64,000 bases of DNA, from positions 1,152,001-1,216,000 of the forward strand of contig CAVSBL010000002.1 of NCBI GenBank assembly GCA_963726255.1, written 5' to 3'. Within the stretch, counting starts at the first letter, position 1; each line of letters starts with the position of its first letter. The DNA comes from Candidatus Bathyarchaeota archaeon (GTDB taxonomy: Archaea > Thermoproteota > Bathyarchaeia > 40CM-2-53-6). The notes under the pieces are model-generated. The model had not been told where the DNA came from, searched no databases, and saw only the letters and a list, made by a program, of their open reading frames with translations. The position numbers were made by a program, and so were the translations under genes. Positions 9,263-18,998 of this stretch are shown piece after piece.

Positions 9263-10522
9263 GTGTCCTCCATGGCCAATCAAATTCCAGTTTCAAAATT
9301 ACAAGAATGGCTGCGGAAATCACTCTCATCAAACCTATCCCAAGCAGAACGTGAACGTGACAAACTAATCACGGAGATAACACGCGGATTAGATTCGATT
9401 ACAGAATTCTGCACTCAACTCGCACGTAAAGCGGAACAAGAAATGGAATCAAAACGCGACAACAGAGCCCAGTACAGGGCGGCGAAAGCAGTTGCAAGGT
9501 TGACAACAATAATCCCGGATATGTTCAAACAGTTTAGCGTCCCGACTGAGAAAGATTCGGGAAGCCTGAGGAACCTACAACGCGAGACGTCGAAGCTTGC
9601 GTCGGAAGCAGCCCGAACTAGGGAGACATGGCTCCGACAGATCCGGCCGTACTACATTATCGACATGATGACGCTCGGTGGCAACATTGACAAACTACGA
9701 AGGCTAGGCGACGAACTTCACAATTTCCTGATCGGGCGAGGAGCCTTACTTCACTCCCTAGAAGGGTTGAGCGAGAAGCTTAATTCCCTATCAAAGATGC
9801 GGACGCTAAGGGAATCCGCATCACAACAAAGACAATCCTTAGAGGAAAACCTCGGAGAAACTGAACGCGTTGACAAATCGCTGAAGGACCAAGCCGGGGA
9901 GATTCGTCGAAACCCGAAGATCAAGGAATACATGCAACTTGACTCAGAGCTGAGAGCGCTGAGAGGGGAACTAATCCTTACCGGGTTTAGTAGGCTAGGG
10001 AGGCCGTTAAAGAAACTCATCTCGATTTCTGAGCGCGGGGACTACCCGCTCCCTATCGAAGTAAGAGATAGCACGAAGGAGTACGTCAAGAAACCTTTCG
10101 CGACATTCCTCTCGGAAGAGAGTGGCTACCCGCGCTTGAAGGCTGTCATGACAGCGTTATCGGGGGCAGTGACGAGCGGGAAACTGGCGCTCAAACAGCG
10201 TGAGGCGAAGAAAGTGGTTGAACGAGCAGAACAGGTTGTTGCAGGAAATTCGTTGTCGAAAATTCATGAAACATCTCGCGACCGCAAGAGTACCTATGAG
10301 AGGCTTTTAGCTGACCAAGAAACGGCGGCCCTAGTCCAGAAACTTAGAGACCTCCGCCAGAAGGGACGAGCAAACCGCGCTGCCCATGAAGAGCTGGTGG
10401 GAGAGTTGCAACGAGCAGTTGGAAATGAAAGGCGACTTGACGAACAGATTGGTTCGTTATTGAGAGAGATCGAGGCATTCTCACGGAAGCTGTCCGGGGC
10501 AGATGTGAAGCTGGAACTCTGA
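9263..10522 (+). CDS. Long alpha-helical/coiled-coil hypothetical protein
   Basis: 419-aa E/K/R/L-rich heptad-like ORF. Confidence 0.75.
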   Translation: MSSMANQIPVSKLQEWLRKSLSSNLSQAERERDKLITEITRGLDSITEFCTQLARKAEQEMESKRDNRAQYRAAKAVARLTTIIPDMFKQFSVPTEKDSGSLRNLQRETSKLASEAARTRETWLRQIRPYYIIDMMTLGGNIDKLRRLGDELHNFLIGRGALLHSLEGLSEKLNSLSKMRTLRESASQQRQSLEENLGETERVDKSLKDQAGEIRRNPKIKEYMQLDSELRALRGELILTGFSRLGRPLKKLISISERGDYPLPIEVRDSTKEYVKKPFATFLSEESGYPRLKAVMTALSGAVTSGKLALKQREAKKVVERAEQVVAGNSLSKIHETSRDRKSTYERLLADQETAALVQKLRDLRQKGRANRAAHEELVGELQRAVGNERRLDEQIGSLLREIEAFSRKLSGADVKLEL

Positions 10523-10528
10523 TTGCGG

Positions 10529-12337
10529 CTAGATGAGAACACGAATCCTCTGCTTTGAGACTAAAGCTCGCAACAGGCTGCGGCCTAAGTCAGATTTCTT
10601 TGACACCCTGATTTGGCCCTTCTTGCCGATTGTTGCAGAGAAGAGGTATTGGTCGCCAACGTAAACGTTGGCAGCCACACCGGTAAGGTCTTCATCAAAT
10701 ACGAGGTCGATACGGTTGCCGACTTCCCTTACCTCGTACCGAACCTCTTTGCCTGCAGCACTTGGCGCTAGCGGTTCTACATCGATCTTGACGCCGAGCT
10801 TCTCCTCCAGTTTTGTAACGGTAGCGCCTTTCTTCCCGATGAGTATGGGAACAATTTCGTTATCGACGCGGACGAGGGCGCGGTTGTCGGACACCAATGT
10901 GACCTCTCCACCAGGGTCAAACTTCCTGATTTCCTGCAGTATTCGTTCCTCAGCGAGCTTATGTGCAGCGCTGATTGCGGGTTTTGCGTCGCTTACTGGA
11001 ATGATCACATTCTCCTCGCCGAACGTGTAGATCTCGTATTGCAAAGCGCCTTTTTCGAAATCACGAACCTCAACCACTGGCCGGGCGAGGTCAGCTTCAG
11101 TCATCCCAGTTGGAACCTTAACCGTGAGGTTTAGCGTGAAGAGGTTGCGTACTTCCCCATACTGGATGAAAATTATTGTGTCTATGATGTGCGGGATCAT
11201 TCCCAGCTCAACGCGGCCGATGAATCTTTGTATGGCATTGATCGCCTCGCTGGCGTGCACGACGCCGATCATACCGACTCCCGCTAAGCGCATGTCGGCG
11301 AAGATCATGAAGTCCTTGGTTTTCCTCACTTCGTCGAATACCGTATAGTCCGGCCTCACGAGGAGGAGGATCTCCGCCGTTTTCTCGAAATCTCCTTCCA
11401 GCGGGCCGTACTGAGTTATTTCTGGGCCAACCTGTAAGTCTCTCGGGGATTCAAGCGTCTTGACGATTTTGTTTTGCTTCAAGTAGAACTCAGCTAGGGA
11501 CGAAGCAAAAGTTGTTTTGCCCGACCCCGGAGGCCCTGCTATGAGGATGCCTTCGGCGCCCGTAGCGAGCCGTTCCATCAGTTTCCCAGACAGCTTATAG
11601 TCTTGGAGCGTGAGGCTCACGACGGGACGAACAATCGTAACTTCCACGCCGTCTGATAACGGTGGCCTGGTAATCGCAACACGAAAGCGGCCCAATTGGA
11701 TGACCATAGCGCCCGCCCTGTTTATTTCAACAAAGCCTTCCCGGCTAACCCTTGCTGCCTCGGTAACTTCTCGAATGACTTGTTCGACCTCTTCAGTTGT
11801 GCTGGGTGTTTCAGAGAGTGTAACTAACTCGAATTTTCCTGGCTTGCCTGTCTTTGCAAGAGGCCGCGTTCCCTCCTTTAGGTGAACGCTCGATGTGTCA
11901 GCTGTGAATAGCCTCTCGAAATCGAGGCCTGTGGTCTTCACCTCGCCTGGGACGTGTTTCACTTGCACGCCTGATGCTTCAGCGACCAGTGCTTGCACGT
12001 AGTCGGCGGTAAGAAGAATTCCATTCTCAGACCTCGCAACATCCGTGATGAGGGCGTCGAGCCTTCCGCTCCTTGCAAGCATGATATCGTTGTACCCGGG
12101 ACGCTGGCCAAGAAATGTTAGTTTGATGCCTTTACTCTCACAAAAGGTCCTCAGTTTCTTGATTTCCTCAAGCCCAACGAACCCTGGTTCCCGTCCCTTC
12201 GAAGCCTGTGCCTGAAGTTCATCTAACACTGCGTATGGGATGACAATTTCAACGTCGGTCAGTCCACCTTTCTCGATTACCGACGGTACGTTGCCGTCGA
12301 TAATTATCGAAGTATCTGGGACCAGTTTCTGAGTCAA
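10529..12337 (-). CDS. PINA: PIN domain + VirB11-like ATPase + KH domain
   Basis: N-terminal VPDTSIIIDG PIN motif, Walker A GPPGSGKT, LLLVRPDYTVFDEVR, IGKKG KH motif. Confidence 0.93.
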   Translation of the reverse strand: MTQKLVPDTSIIIDGNVPSVIEKGGLTDVEIVIPYAVLDELQAQASKGREPGFVGLEEIKKLRTFCESKGIKLTFLGQRPGYNDIMLARSGRLDALITDVARSENGILLTADYVQALVAEASGVQVKHVPGEVKTTGLDFERLFTADTSSVHLKEGTRPLAKTGKPGKFELVTLSETPSTTEEVEQVIREVTEAARVSREGFVEINRAGAMVIQLGRFRVAITRPPLSDGVEVTIVRPVVSLTLQDYKLSGKLMERLATGAEGILIAGPPGSGKTTFASSLAEFYLKQNKIVKTLESPRDLQVGPEITQYGPLEGDFEKTAEILLLVRPDYTVFDEVRKTKDFMIFADMRLAGVGMIGVVHASEAINAIQRFIGRVELGMIPHIIDTIIFIQYGEVRNLFTLNLTVKVPTGMTEADLARPVVEVRDFEKGALQYEIYTFGEENVIIPVSDAKPAISAAHKLAEERILQEIRKFDPGGEVTLVSDNRALVRVDNEIVPILIGKKGATVTKLEEKLGVKIDVEPLAPSAAGKEVRYEVREVGNRIDLVFDEDLTGVAANVYVGDQYLFSATIGKKGQIRVSKKSDLGRSLLRALVSKQRIRVLI

Positions 12338-12476
12338 TGCGCAGTCCTTATGCCGCTAGCAGTATGATGCTTTCAATAAAAACAGTACCAAACACCAAAC
12401 GGAACAATTTGGCGCATCGATCCCTCCCTGGGCGAACCTCTCATATTCACGGCCACTATTCGAGACCTGGATAGAA

Positions 12477-12998
12477 ATGGAACGTTGCACGTCTTCGTCC
12501 CGTGTGTACGATGGCCGGATCTTGAATCTGCGCGTCGACCAAGTGATGTTGGGGAACGGCAAGACGACGACCCGTGAGGTTATCGAACACCGGGGCGCTG
12601 CCGCAATTGTACCGATAATCCAAGAACGCAAGGTCGTCTTAGTGCGCCAATTTAGGTACGCAATCGCAACAGACCTCCTCGAAGTCCCCGCCGGAACAAT
12701 GGAACGAGGAGAACAACCCGAAGAGTGCGCTGTTAGAGAACTCGAAGAAGAGACAGGATACGGCTGCAAGGAAATTGAGAAAATCATGGAATTCTTCCCC
12801 GTCCCCGGCTATAGTACGGAAAAAATTCATGTTTACCTGGCTAAGGGACTGGTCAAATCCGAGACGCATACAGAGGAAGATGAGGAAATCAACCTGGAAA
12901 TATTGTCATTGGAGAATGCCCTAGGAAAGGTCCGCTCGGGTGAAATCCGTGATGCGAAATCGATCTGCGCATTGTTCCGGGCTGCGGAACTGCTCTAG
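12477..12998 (+). CDS. NUDIX hydrolase (ADP-ribose pyrophosphatase-like)
   Basis: Nudix box AGTMERGEQPEECAVRELEEETGY; DAKS. Confidence 0.93.
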   Translation: MERCTSSSRVYDGRILNLRVDQVMLGNGKTTTREVIEHRGAAAIVPIIQERKVVLVRQFRYAIATDLLEVPAGTMERGEQPEECAVRELEEETGYGCKEIEKIMEFFPVPGYSTEKIHVYLAKGLVKSETHTEEDEEINLEILSLENALGKVRSGEIRDAKSICALFRAAELL

Positions 12999-13588
12999 CT
13001 AGTTGTCGTGATCTTGAAAAAATCGGGGCTCCCAGTCAGCATTCTCCCGACGGTTTCCTTTAGAGCCGAAATATCAACTCGGAAATGTTCACCGCTGTGT
13101 CCCGCCAGTTTCTCGTAGCCGCGATTCATCACAGAGAGCGAAACATCATGTTCGCCTTTCTGCAGATGGACGAGTGCTGCCGCTAGGAGGATAATCCCCT
13201 GTAGAATTTCCTTCTCAGCACCAGTTGACCGGCGCCATGCTTCTTCCAAGGCTTCGTGGCTTTCCCAGTATCGTTCCTCATTAAACAGGGCCAACCCGAG
13301 TCTGATCGCCTCAGCACTTTCCATAGGAACGTTCTGCACGTCCAGCTGCCTAATCGTCAACTTCGGCCCTATCCGTTCCTCCAGCGCCCTAACTGCCTTG
13401 TCCACATTTGCCTGGAAGTCTAGCAAAAGGTCCAGCTCCACTGCGGCGCTGCTGACTCGAAGGTTTCCCACATCCGCACCCAACGCTCGAACGGCTGCGT
13501 ATGCGACAGTACTCAACTGCTTTCTATCCGACGGCGCATATTTTCGCCTATTCGACAGCCGAACCAAGAATCTCATAATCCCGACCAT
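12995..13588 (-). CDS. DUF309 domain protein
   Basis: LFNEERYWESHEALEEAW...LQGIILLAAALVH. Confidence 0.85.
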   Translation of the reverse strand: MVGIMRFLVRLSNRRKYAPSDRKQLSTVAYAAVRALGADVGNLRVSSAAVELDLLLDFQANVDKAVRALEERIGPKLTIRQLDVQNVPMESAEAIRLGLALFNEERYWESHEALEEAWRRSTGAEKEILQGIILLAAALVHLQKGEHDVSLSVMNRGYEKLAGHSGEHFRVDISALKETVGRMLTGSPDFFKITTTS

Positions 13589-13627
13589 TTTTTGGGGGTA
13601 TCGGAAAACAGCTATAACAATGGTTGA

Positions 13628-14071
13628 ATGTCAACAGTTCTCCCCGAGATGAACCTTCCCATGTCCGAGACGCAAGAGTACGTTATCGACGGTAACACAT
13701 TGAGCAAGCTGCTCGACCCATTCAATCTTGAAGCCTACCAGCCCACTAGTGAATTGCACCACATGTTAACGGGACAAGCCTTCGACACTATCGAGAAGAA
13801 ACTCGTCAAAGGCTTGTTGGATGAGATTGAGAAGGCGAAGGCTCAGACTGTTAGATTTGTGAATCTTGAAGCTCTAGCTTCAGGCCCCCACAGGGATTAC
13901 CTATACGCAATCGGTGGTGGACTTGCCGTTCTGGTAGATGCGCTGGTAGCGAAGAAAATAACGGTCGTCGGAACGATCCAGAACCCATTTGCTCTACCTT
14001 GGCATCTGGTCGCGAAACTAGACAAGGACTTCAAAGGCCTACCTGCACCGGGACAAACGGTACCACCATGA
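13628..14071 (+). CDS. Hypothetical protein
   Basis: Clean ORF with natural composition filling the intergenic space; start may be 13661. Confidence 0.65.
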   Translation: MSTVLPEMNLPMSETQEYVIDGNTLSKLLDPFNLEAYQPTSELHHMLTGQAFDTIEKKLVKGLLDEIEKAKAQTVRFVNLEALASGPHRDYLYAIGGGLAVLVDALVAKKITVVGTIQNPFALPWHLVAKLDKDFKGLPAPGQTVPP

Positions 14072-14201
14072 AGGCCAGCTGCACTCTCGAAACGGACGAA
14101 TGTATTTGGAAGTTACGAATACGATGTGAACAACTCACCCAGACCTGAATGGGGTAACGGTTAATTGTAAGGCTAATTTCTTCCAAATCAGGCGACTTGG
14201 A

Positions 14202-14663
14202 TTGTCCATCGAGATTGGGCTGAAACTTCCAGAATTCCAATTGCACGACCAAGACCGAAAGCAGAGGTCAATGAACGAATTCTTGGGAAAGAAAATCGTC
14301 GTAGCCTTCTTCCCCGGTGCCTTCACAGGGCCCTGTACTAAGGAGATGTGCACTTTCCGGGACTCAATGCAGACCTTGCCGGGACAGGTTGTGGCCATAA
14401 GCGTCAACGACCCTTTCACCAACAAGGGATTCGCTGAAGCCCACCAGTTGCAGTTTCCCATACTGAGCGACTATTCGAGGGACACTATCAAGAAGCTCAA
14501 CATATTCCACAACGACTTCGCTGGCCTGAAAGGCTACACCGCAGCCAAGAGATCCGTATTCATTCTAGATAAGAACGGAGTCGTTCGATACAAGTGGGTT
14601 TCAGAAGACCCGACTAAGGAACCGAACTACGAAGAGATCAAAAGCACACTAGCCAAGCTCTGA
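14202..14663 (+). CDS. Peroxiredoxin (BCP/AhpC-TSA family)
   Basis: FFPGAFTGPCTKEMC, AKRSVFILD. Confidence 0.93.
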   Translation: MSIEIGLKLPEFQLHDQDRKQRSMNEFLGKKIVVAFFPGAFTGPCTKEMCTFRDSMQTLPGQVVAISVNDPFTNKGFAEAHQLQFPILSDYSRDTIKKLNIFHNDFAGLKGYTAAKRSVFILDKNGVVRYKWVSEDPTKEPNYEEIKSTLAKL

Positions 14664-14732
14664 CCAACGTGGGCGTTGTTGATTTAACAATCAACTTAAA
14701 TATTCCCTACGGCATGCGGGTGGGGATGAAAA

Positions 14733-15109
14733 ATGGTATCAAGAAATGACTTCGCAATCGGCATACTAGTGCTCATCGCAGGCATTGTAATCTACTCATT
14801 CGCACCAGGCGGTGCGATGTACATGCCAATGCCAGGACACACGACGACTCATTATGTAGGCGGTGCACTCGCAATTGTCTTTGGCCTCATAGGCCTCGCA
14901 CTCTACAAGAAAACCAACATGATCACGGCAGCAGTTTCAGTGCTCAGCATCATACTTGGCATCGTCTTCATATTGGACGCGCCCCGAGCGGCCCGCTCTT
15001 TATGGCGCTACCAAAGATGGACCATGGTATGCACATGCAGATTACCGGCGGCCTCATCGCACTGGTTGGCATCGTCGGAATTGCCGGCTCAGCACTAAAG
15101 AAAAAGTAG
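14733..15109 (+). pseudogene. Four-TM Met/His-rich membrane protein, frameshifted at the C-run 14982-14985
   Basis: Frame 1 loses hydrophobicity after ILDAP; another frame continues PSGPLFMALPKMDHGMHMQITGGLIALVGIVGIAGSALKKK*. Confidence 0.7.
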
Positions 15110-15274
15110 AGAGCTCGTCCCTCCAGCCGTTTCTCTCTCCCCGATTATTCTCTCACCTTTAGCGAACGATTCACCCGACATTGAAAATACGGAACCTGCT
15201 GTTGGCACGAATCCCTAGATCAGGGACGACAAATTGATCGGAAAAAGGGAAAAAGTGTAGGAAACGATTACGGC

Positions 15275-15886
15275 TTAGTCGATTTTGATTTCTTTGCCCC
15301 GTGGTTTTGGTTTTAGCTTTCGGAGGGCGATTTCTAAGACGCCGTTGTTGTATGAGGCTTTGGAGCTGTCTGGGTCGACGGTTGAAGGGAGTTCAATTTC
15401 TTTGTAGTATTTTCGTGAAGGGGAGGCGACGCTGATGGTTATCGTGTTTTCAGTCATTGTTGTTTTGATGTCGGACTTCTCGACGCCGGGGAGCTCTGCA
15501 ACTACTCGCACCTGTTCTGATTCGTTGATGACATCGACTAAGGGTTCGCGAGAATCCTTTGGTTCAAGTGCGGGTTGCTCGAAGCCGAAGGCACCGGGCT
15601 TCTTGGAAGGTTTGACGTTTCCGAACTCCTGGATGACTGGTTTGCCGTCAGGGCCGACGGACATCGAGTAGCCGTAAACGAAGGGGCCGTATTGGCGTAT
15701 GGTTGAACCGTCAGGTAATTTCTTTTCCGTTACGTGTTCTTTGGGTATACCCTTAGCCATGTCCTCGAACATGCGTTCGAACATTTGGTCGATATCGCTG
15801 AACCACCTGTCCATCCAACCGAACGGCGAACCACGCCCTCGACGTGACCTAAACCATCCGGGGAAGAATTCGTCATCAGATGACAT
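15275..15886 (-). CDS. hsp20: Archaeal small heat shock protein Hsp20
   Basis: GPFVYGYSMSVGPDGKP, REPLVDV, AELPGV, ASYNNGVLEI; GAGGTGA SD upstream. Confidence 0.95.
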   Translation of the reverse strand: MSSDDEFFPGWFRSRRGRGSPFGWMDRWFSDIDQMFERMFEDMAKGIPKEHVTEKKLPDGSTIRQYGPFVYGYSMSVGPDGKPVIQEFGNVKPSKKPGAFGFEQPALEPKDSREPLVDVINESEQVRVVAELPGVEKSDIKTTMTENTITISVASPSRKYYKEIELPSTVDPDSSKASYNNGVLEIALRKLKPKPRGKEIKID

Positions 15887-15915
15887 TTTCAATTTCACCT
15901 CGCATACGCAATGTT

Positions 15916-15963
15916 TGTTACCCTTGGTAACACTTCGATATAAATATTGTTACGCCAGGTAAC
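15916..15963. promoter_or_regulatory. Two GTTAC-N5-GTAAC palindromes flanking the hsp20 TATA box
   Basis: GTTACccttgGTAAC at 15917-15931 and GTTACgccagGTAAC at 15949-15963, with TTTATATC (minus strand) between them. Confidence 0.7.
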
Positions 15964-16034
15964 GTCACGTCTACGTTTGGTGGTGGAAGGCGCGGTAAAT
16001 CGTTTGGTGAGCCATTTTTCTGTTAACTGGGAGT

Positions 16035-16286
16035 ATGAGTGTAAGAAACCGTTTGGTAGTGATGATTCACGATTCCTTGCGTAAACATGGCTTCGTGCTT
16101 TCGGTCATATACCTTAATGTGGTATTGGGGTTAGTTCTGTTGGACTCTGTGTTATACCGACTCGGTTACAACCTGTTCAACCTGTTCTCGATAAGCGGTA
16201 GACTCGTTGTGTTCAGCGCCACCTTACTGTGTGGAATAGGTACGATCTCCGCCCTAGCAGACGACTCTATTCTTAGTCGAGTTTAG
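16035..16286 (+). CDS. Small hypothetical membrane protein
   Basis: Two hydrophobic stretches; lies in the AT-rich islet. Confidence 0.5.
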   Translation: MSVRNRLVVMIHDSLRKHGFVLSVIYLNVVLGLVLLDSVLYRLGYNLFNLFSISGRLVVFSATLLCGIGTISALADDSILSRV

Positions 16287-16843
16287 CAGTCAGGGCTAAC
16301 GGAAACTACTCGGACAATCGGTTCAGGTACCTCTTGAACATTTGCTGTTATGACGAAAATGATTTTGATTATCTTCGGTCCAGAGGCGAGTACCTTGAAA
16401 TGCGCTATGAGATTGAATGTGTGCGATGTGCCATATGCTGGGGTATAATCCGTCCGTACTTCGTTAACTGTAACCACGGTACCGTTTGCCAAGGTGTAAT
16501 TCACAAAAAGGATATTGGCAGACAGAAAGTGAAAGGCTATGCTCTGGTTATTTTGCAATACTGCTGTAACTTGGCTGATTTTGAAATGGTTCGTATCATA
16601 TCCACAAATACCGATTTGGGACGTGACCTGAAAATCCCTTTCCAAGAGTGAGAGGCCATTCGTGGAAGCTGCTGAACTGGTAGATGGAGAAATGCTTGAA
16701 CGCTGCGTGGAACTTGGATTTGACTGTAGGATGGCATTAGTCACAATAAGTAGAAAGGCTGCAATGAAAGCAATCACAAACAGATTTCTTCCAGTGTGCG
16801 ATCTTTTCTTCTTTGCTTTCGATATATGAGAAGAATGAGACAT
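16283..16843 (-). CDS. Membrane-anchored secreted hypothetical protein
   Basis: Basic N-terminus, one TM helix, Ser/Thr linker, beta-rich domain with N-glycosylation sequons. Confidence 0.65.
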   Translation of the reverse strand: MSHSSHISKAKKKRSHTGRNLFVIAFIAAFLLIVTNAILQSNPSSTQRSSISPSTSSAASTNGLSLLERDFQVTSQIGICGYDTNHFKISQVTAVLQNNQSIAFHFLSANILFVNYTLANGTVVTVNEVRTDYTPAYGTSHTFNLIAHFKVLASGPKIIKIIFVITANVQEVPEPIVRVVSVSPDC

Positions 16844-16866
16844 AAGTTAGATCACTTTTCAGTTAG

Positions 16867-17150
16867 CTATTTCTGATTTTTCTTGCTAACGTTCTGAATC
16901 AAGGTTAGCCACTTGTTTTCGCCCTCAATCTTGATACCTGCCTGTTCGCTTGGTGTTTTGCCTTTCAATGCCTCATGATGTCTTACGTAATTAGGGTAAA
17001 TTTGCATGCCCTTCAAGATAGCTGTGTCAGGTTTTTCGAGAGTACGCATTACCTTTTCTCTTTGGCGTAGTTCTCCGTTCATGCGTTCCATCTTGTTGTT
17101 GTGTCGAACGCCATCTAATGTGATTTCTCTGATATGTACGGTTGAATTCG
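16867..17150 (-). mobile_element. C-terminal remnant of a DDE transposase (IS6-like, archaeal type)
   Basis: HNNKMERMNGELRQREK...NYVRHHEALKGKTPSEQAGI...NKWLTLIQN; N-terminal catalytic part absent. Confidence 0.75.
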
Positions 17151-17337
17151 TAGTAGTCACACTTACATTCGCCTGTCTGCCCAACTTAAGGAACCCATTA
17201 CAGTTTGCCAAGAGAACTGGGACCAGTAGCCCACCAGTCTACTTGATGAGAACGGTTATAGTCCAGACGAGGTAGAACCTACCCGTCGAAAAAGAGACGC
17301 GGCAAGATGACTAGCGCTAGAGGGAGGTTCTTCTAGT

Positions 17338-17799
17338 TTGGATGAGCTTCAAAGAATCAAGTGGATTGAAGGGCTAACAATCCTCATTATGGCGGTTGCC
17401 GTAGTGGTAAGTGTCATTCACGGCAACTTGTATGACTATGCGTTTAACTTGTTCTCGATTTCCAGTGTCAATTTCAACTTTCGCGCTCTCTACCTGAGCA
17501 TATTGCTATACGGCACTCTGGGCGCACTAATCTTCGCGGCGTTATACCTCTATGATGAACAAACTCCAAAAGTTCGCTGGTATATGTACGTTCAAGGTTG
17601 GTTTTTCTTGCTAGTTGCGGCAGCAGGCTACGAATGGCTTGACAGCGCACTAAATCAAGCGGCAAGTGTAGTGGTGAATAACATGTTAGTCGTAGAGAAC
17701 CCGTACACTTGGATTGAGAAGCGGTATTCTGTAATCTTCTTCGGCGCAATATTCCTATTTTGGTTGCTGGAAGCACGGAAAAAGAAGATTCAAAAATGA
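17338..17799 (+). CDS. Hypothetical multi-pass membrane protein
   Basis: Four hydrophobic segments; GGAGG SD. Confidence 0.7.
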   Translation: MDELQRIKWIEGLTILIMAVAVVVSVIHGNLYDYAFNLFSISSVNFNFRALYLSILLYGTLGALIFAALYLYDEQTPKVRWYMYVQGWFFLLVAAAGYEWLDSALNQAASVVVNNMLVVENPYTWIEKRYSVIFFGAIFLFWLLEARKKKIQK

Positions 17800-18041
17800 C
17801 CGTGAAATCCGTTTTCATTCAAGCATTAAAGTTCGGAGTTAGTGGCATCCTTGGTGCTCTGATTAGCGGCTCAATCTACTATACCTATCACGGAGCCCTA
17901 CCTATCCTCATTAAAGTTGTGCGCGGACACCCAATCAACCTAGCTGAAACCAGCTTCTATGTAGCCACGAGCATTGCCGGAGGCACAGTACATTTTACTC
18001 TTAGCAAAGTATGGGTCTTCGTGAAAAAGAAACCAACGTGA
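17796..18041 (+). CDS. Small GtrA-like membrane protein
   Basis: QALKFGVSGILG...VHFTLSKVWVF resembles GtrA termini; ATGA overlap with the upstream gene. Confidence 0.55.
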   Translation: MTVKSVFIQALKFGVSGILGALISGSIYYTYHGALPILIKVVRGHPINLAETSFYVATSIAGGTVHFTLSKVWVFVKKKPT

Positions 18042-18241
18042 TAGTTTATGGTTGTTCGGGCAATCCGTAGCGTGGAAGCCAATACAGATAGTTGATTGCT
18101 ATCGCCAATGATGCCAGAATAGTCATTACAAGAGCAAAATTACCTGTCATCTTGTGCCCCCATATGAGCAGAATCGCGACCGCCACCAAAATTACCTAGT
18201 GTGTTTGCCTCAGAGTAACACTGATTCCGCACAAAATTACA

Positions 18242-18285
18242 GGGTGGATCCACCCATTGAGGGGGTGGTGGCAAACGGTGCCAAG
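18242..18285 (+). repeat. Dispersed ~43-bp repeat, copy 1
   Basis: GGGTGGATCCACCCattgagggggtggtggcaaacggtgccaag; near-identical copy at 57395. Confidence 0.85.
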
Positions 18286-18332
18286 AGTGCTGGTTGACTA
18301 TGCGAATCAGTGTAATTGGTAACGACTCTGGA

Positions 18333-18779
18333 TCATCGTCGTCTAATTTTGCTCAAGAGAACGTAGAGTCCTGATGCAATCAGTATGGCGACGACGGCGT
18401 AGACGATATATCTCTCGAGTACGCCAATGCTCACCCCGAGTGCAGTTATGTAGCATGGCTCCCCCGGCTCACATGAGCCGTAAACTGCGTAGTTGTAGAA
18501 CGAATATGCTGTGATGAATAATGAGACAAAGAAGGTTGCGGTAAATGCCCACGCGAAAATTCGAAAGTTACGATAGAAGCCCCTCGCTAGGGCGGGGGAC
18601 ATGTTGAGCAGTTTTGCTGTGACTTTCGCTTTAACTCGCTGTTCAAAAGCCATGTCGCAAGGGCTTAGCGTCAGCGTCTTCATGACGCACTTGAATGCTT
18701 CCTTTGCAAGCCGGCGGTATTTCGAAGAAAAGATGCTCATCGCTGAAAAGACGACGAGTGCGACGAGGCAAAGGGGCAA
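18333..18779 (-). CDS. Hypothetical membrane protein with spaced Cys residues
   Basis: LCLVALVVF...YRRLAKEAFKC...PCD...YGSCEPGEPC; three TM helices. Confidence 0.7.
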   Translation of the reverse strand: MPLCLVALVVFSAMSIFSSKYRRLAKEAFKCVMKTLTLSPCDMAFEQRVKAKVTAKLLNMSPALARGFYRNFRIFAWAFTATFFVSLFITAYSFYNYAVYGSCEPGEPCYITALGVSIGVLERYIVYAVVAILIASGLYVLLSKIRRR

Positions 18780-18998
18780 TTACGTGCCAACTCAAGAACT
18801 CCAAAGTCTCGATGTCTGATAACCTTCTTCAATAGAGAACATATACCATTCTGATGGGCCGGCTGCGCCGGAGCTTTCGCAACGATTAAAGGAATCAAAG
18901 TTCGCCAAACATTGAACGCCTAGACTATGATTCGCTTAGAAGCGAAATGCCGGGGATGATGAGAGATTTCTTCGAAAACATGGATTAAACGTGGCCTT

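Noticed and set aside
18135-18240. Three CAAAATTAC copies
   Set aside because: Only 9-11 bp with uneven spacing (52, 45) in AT-rich sequence; not a credible array
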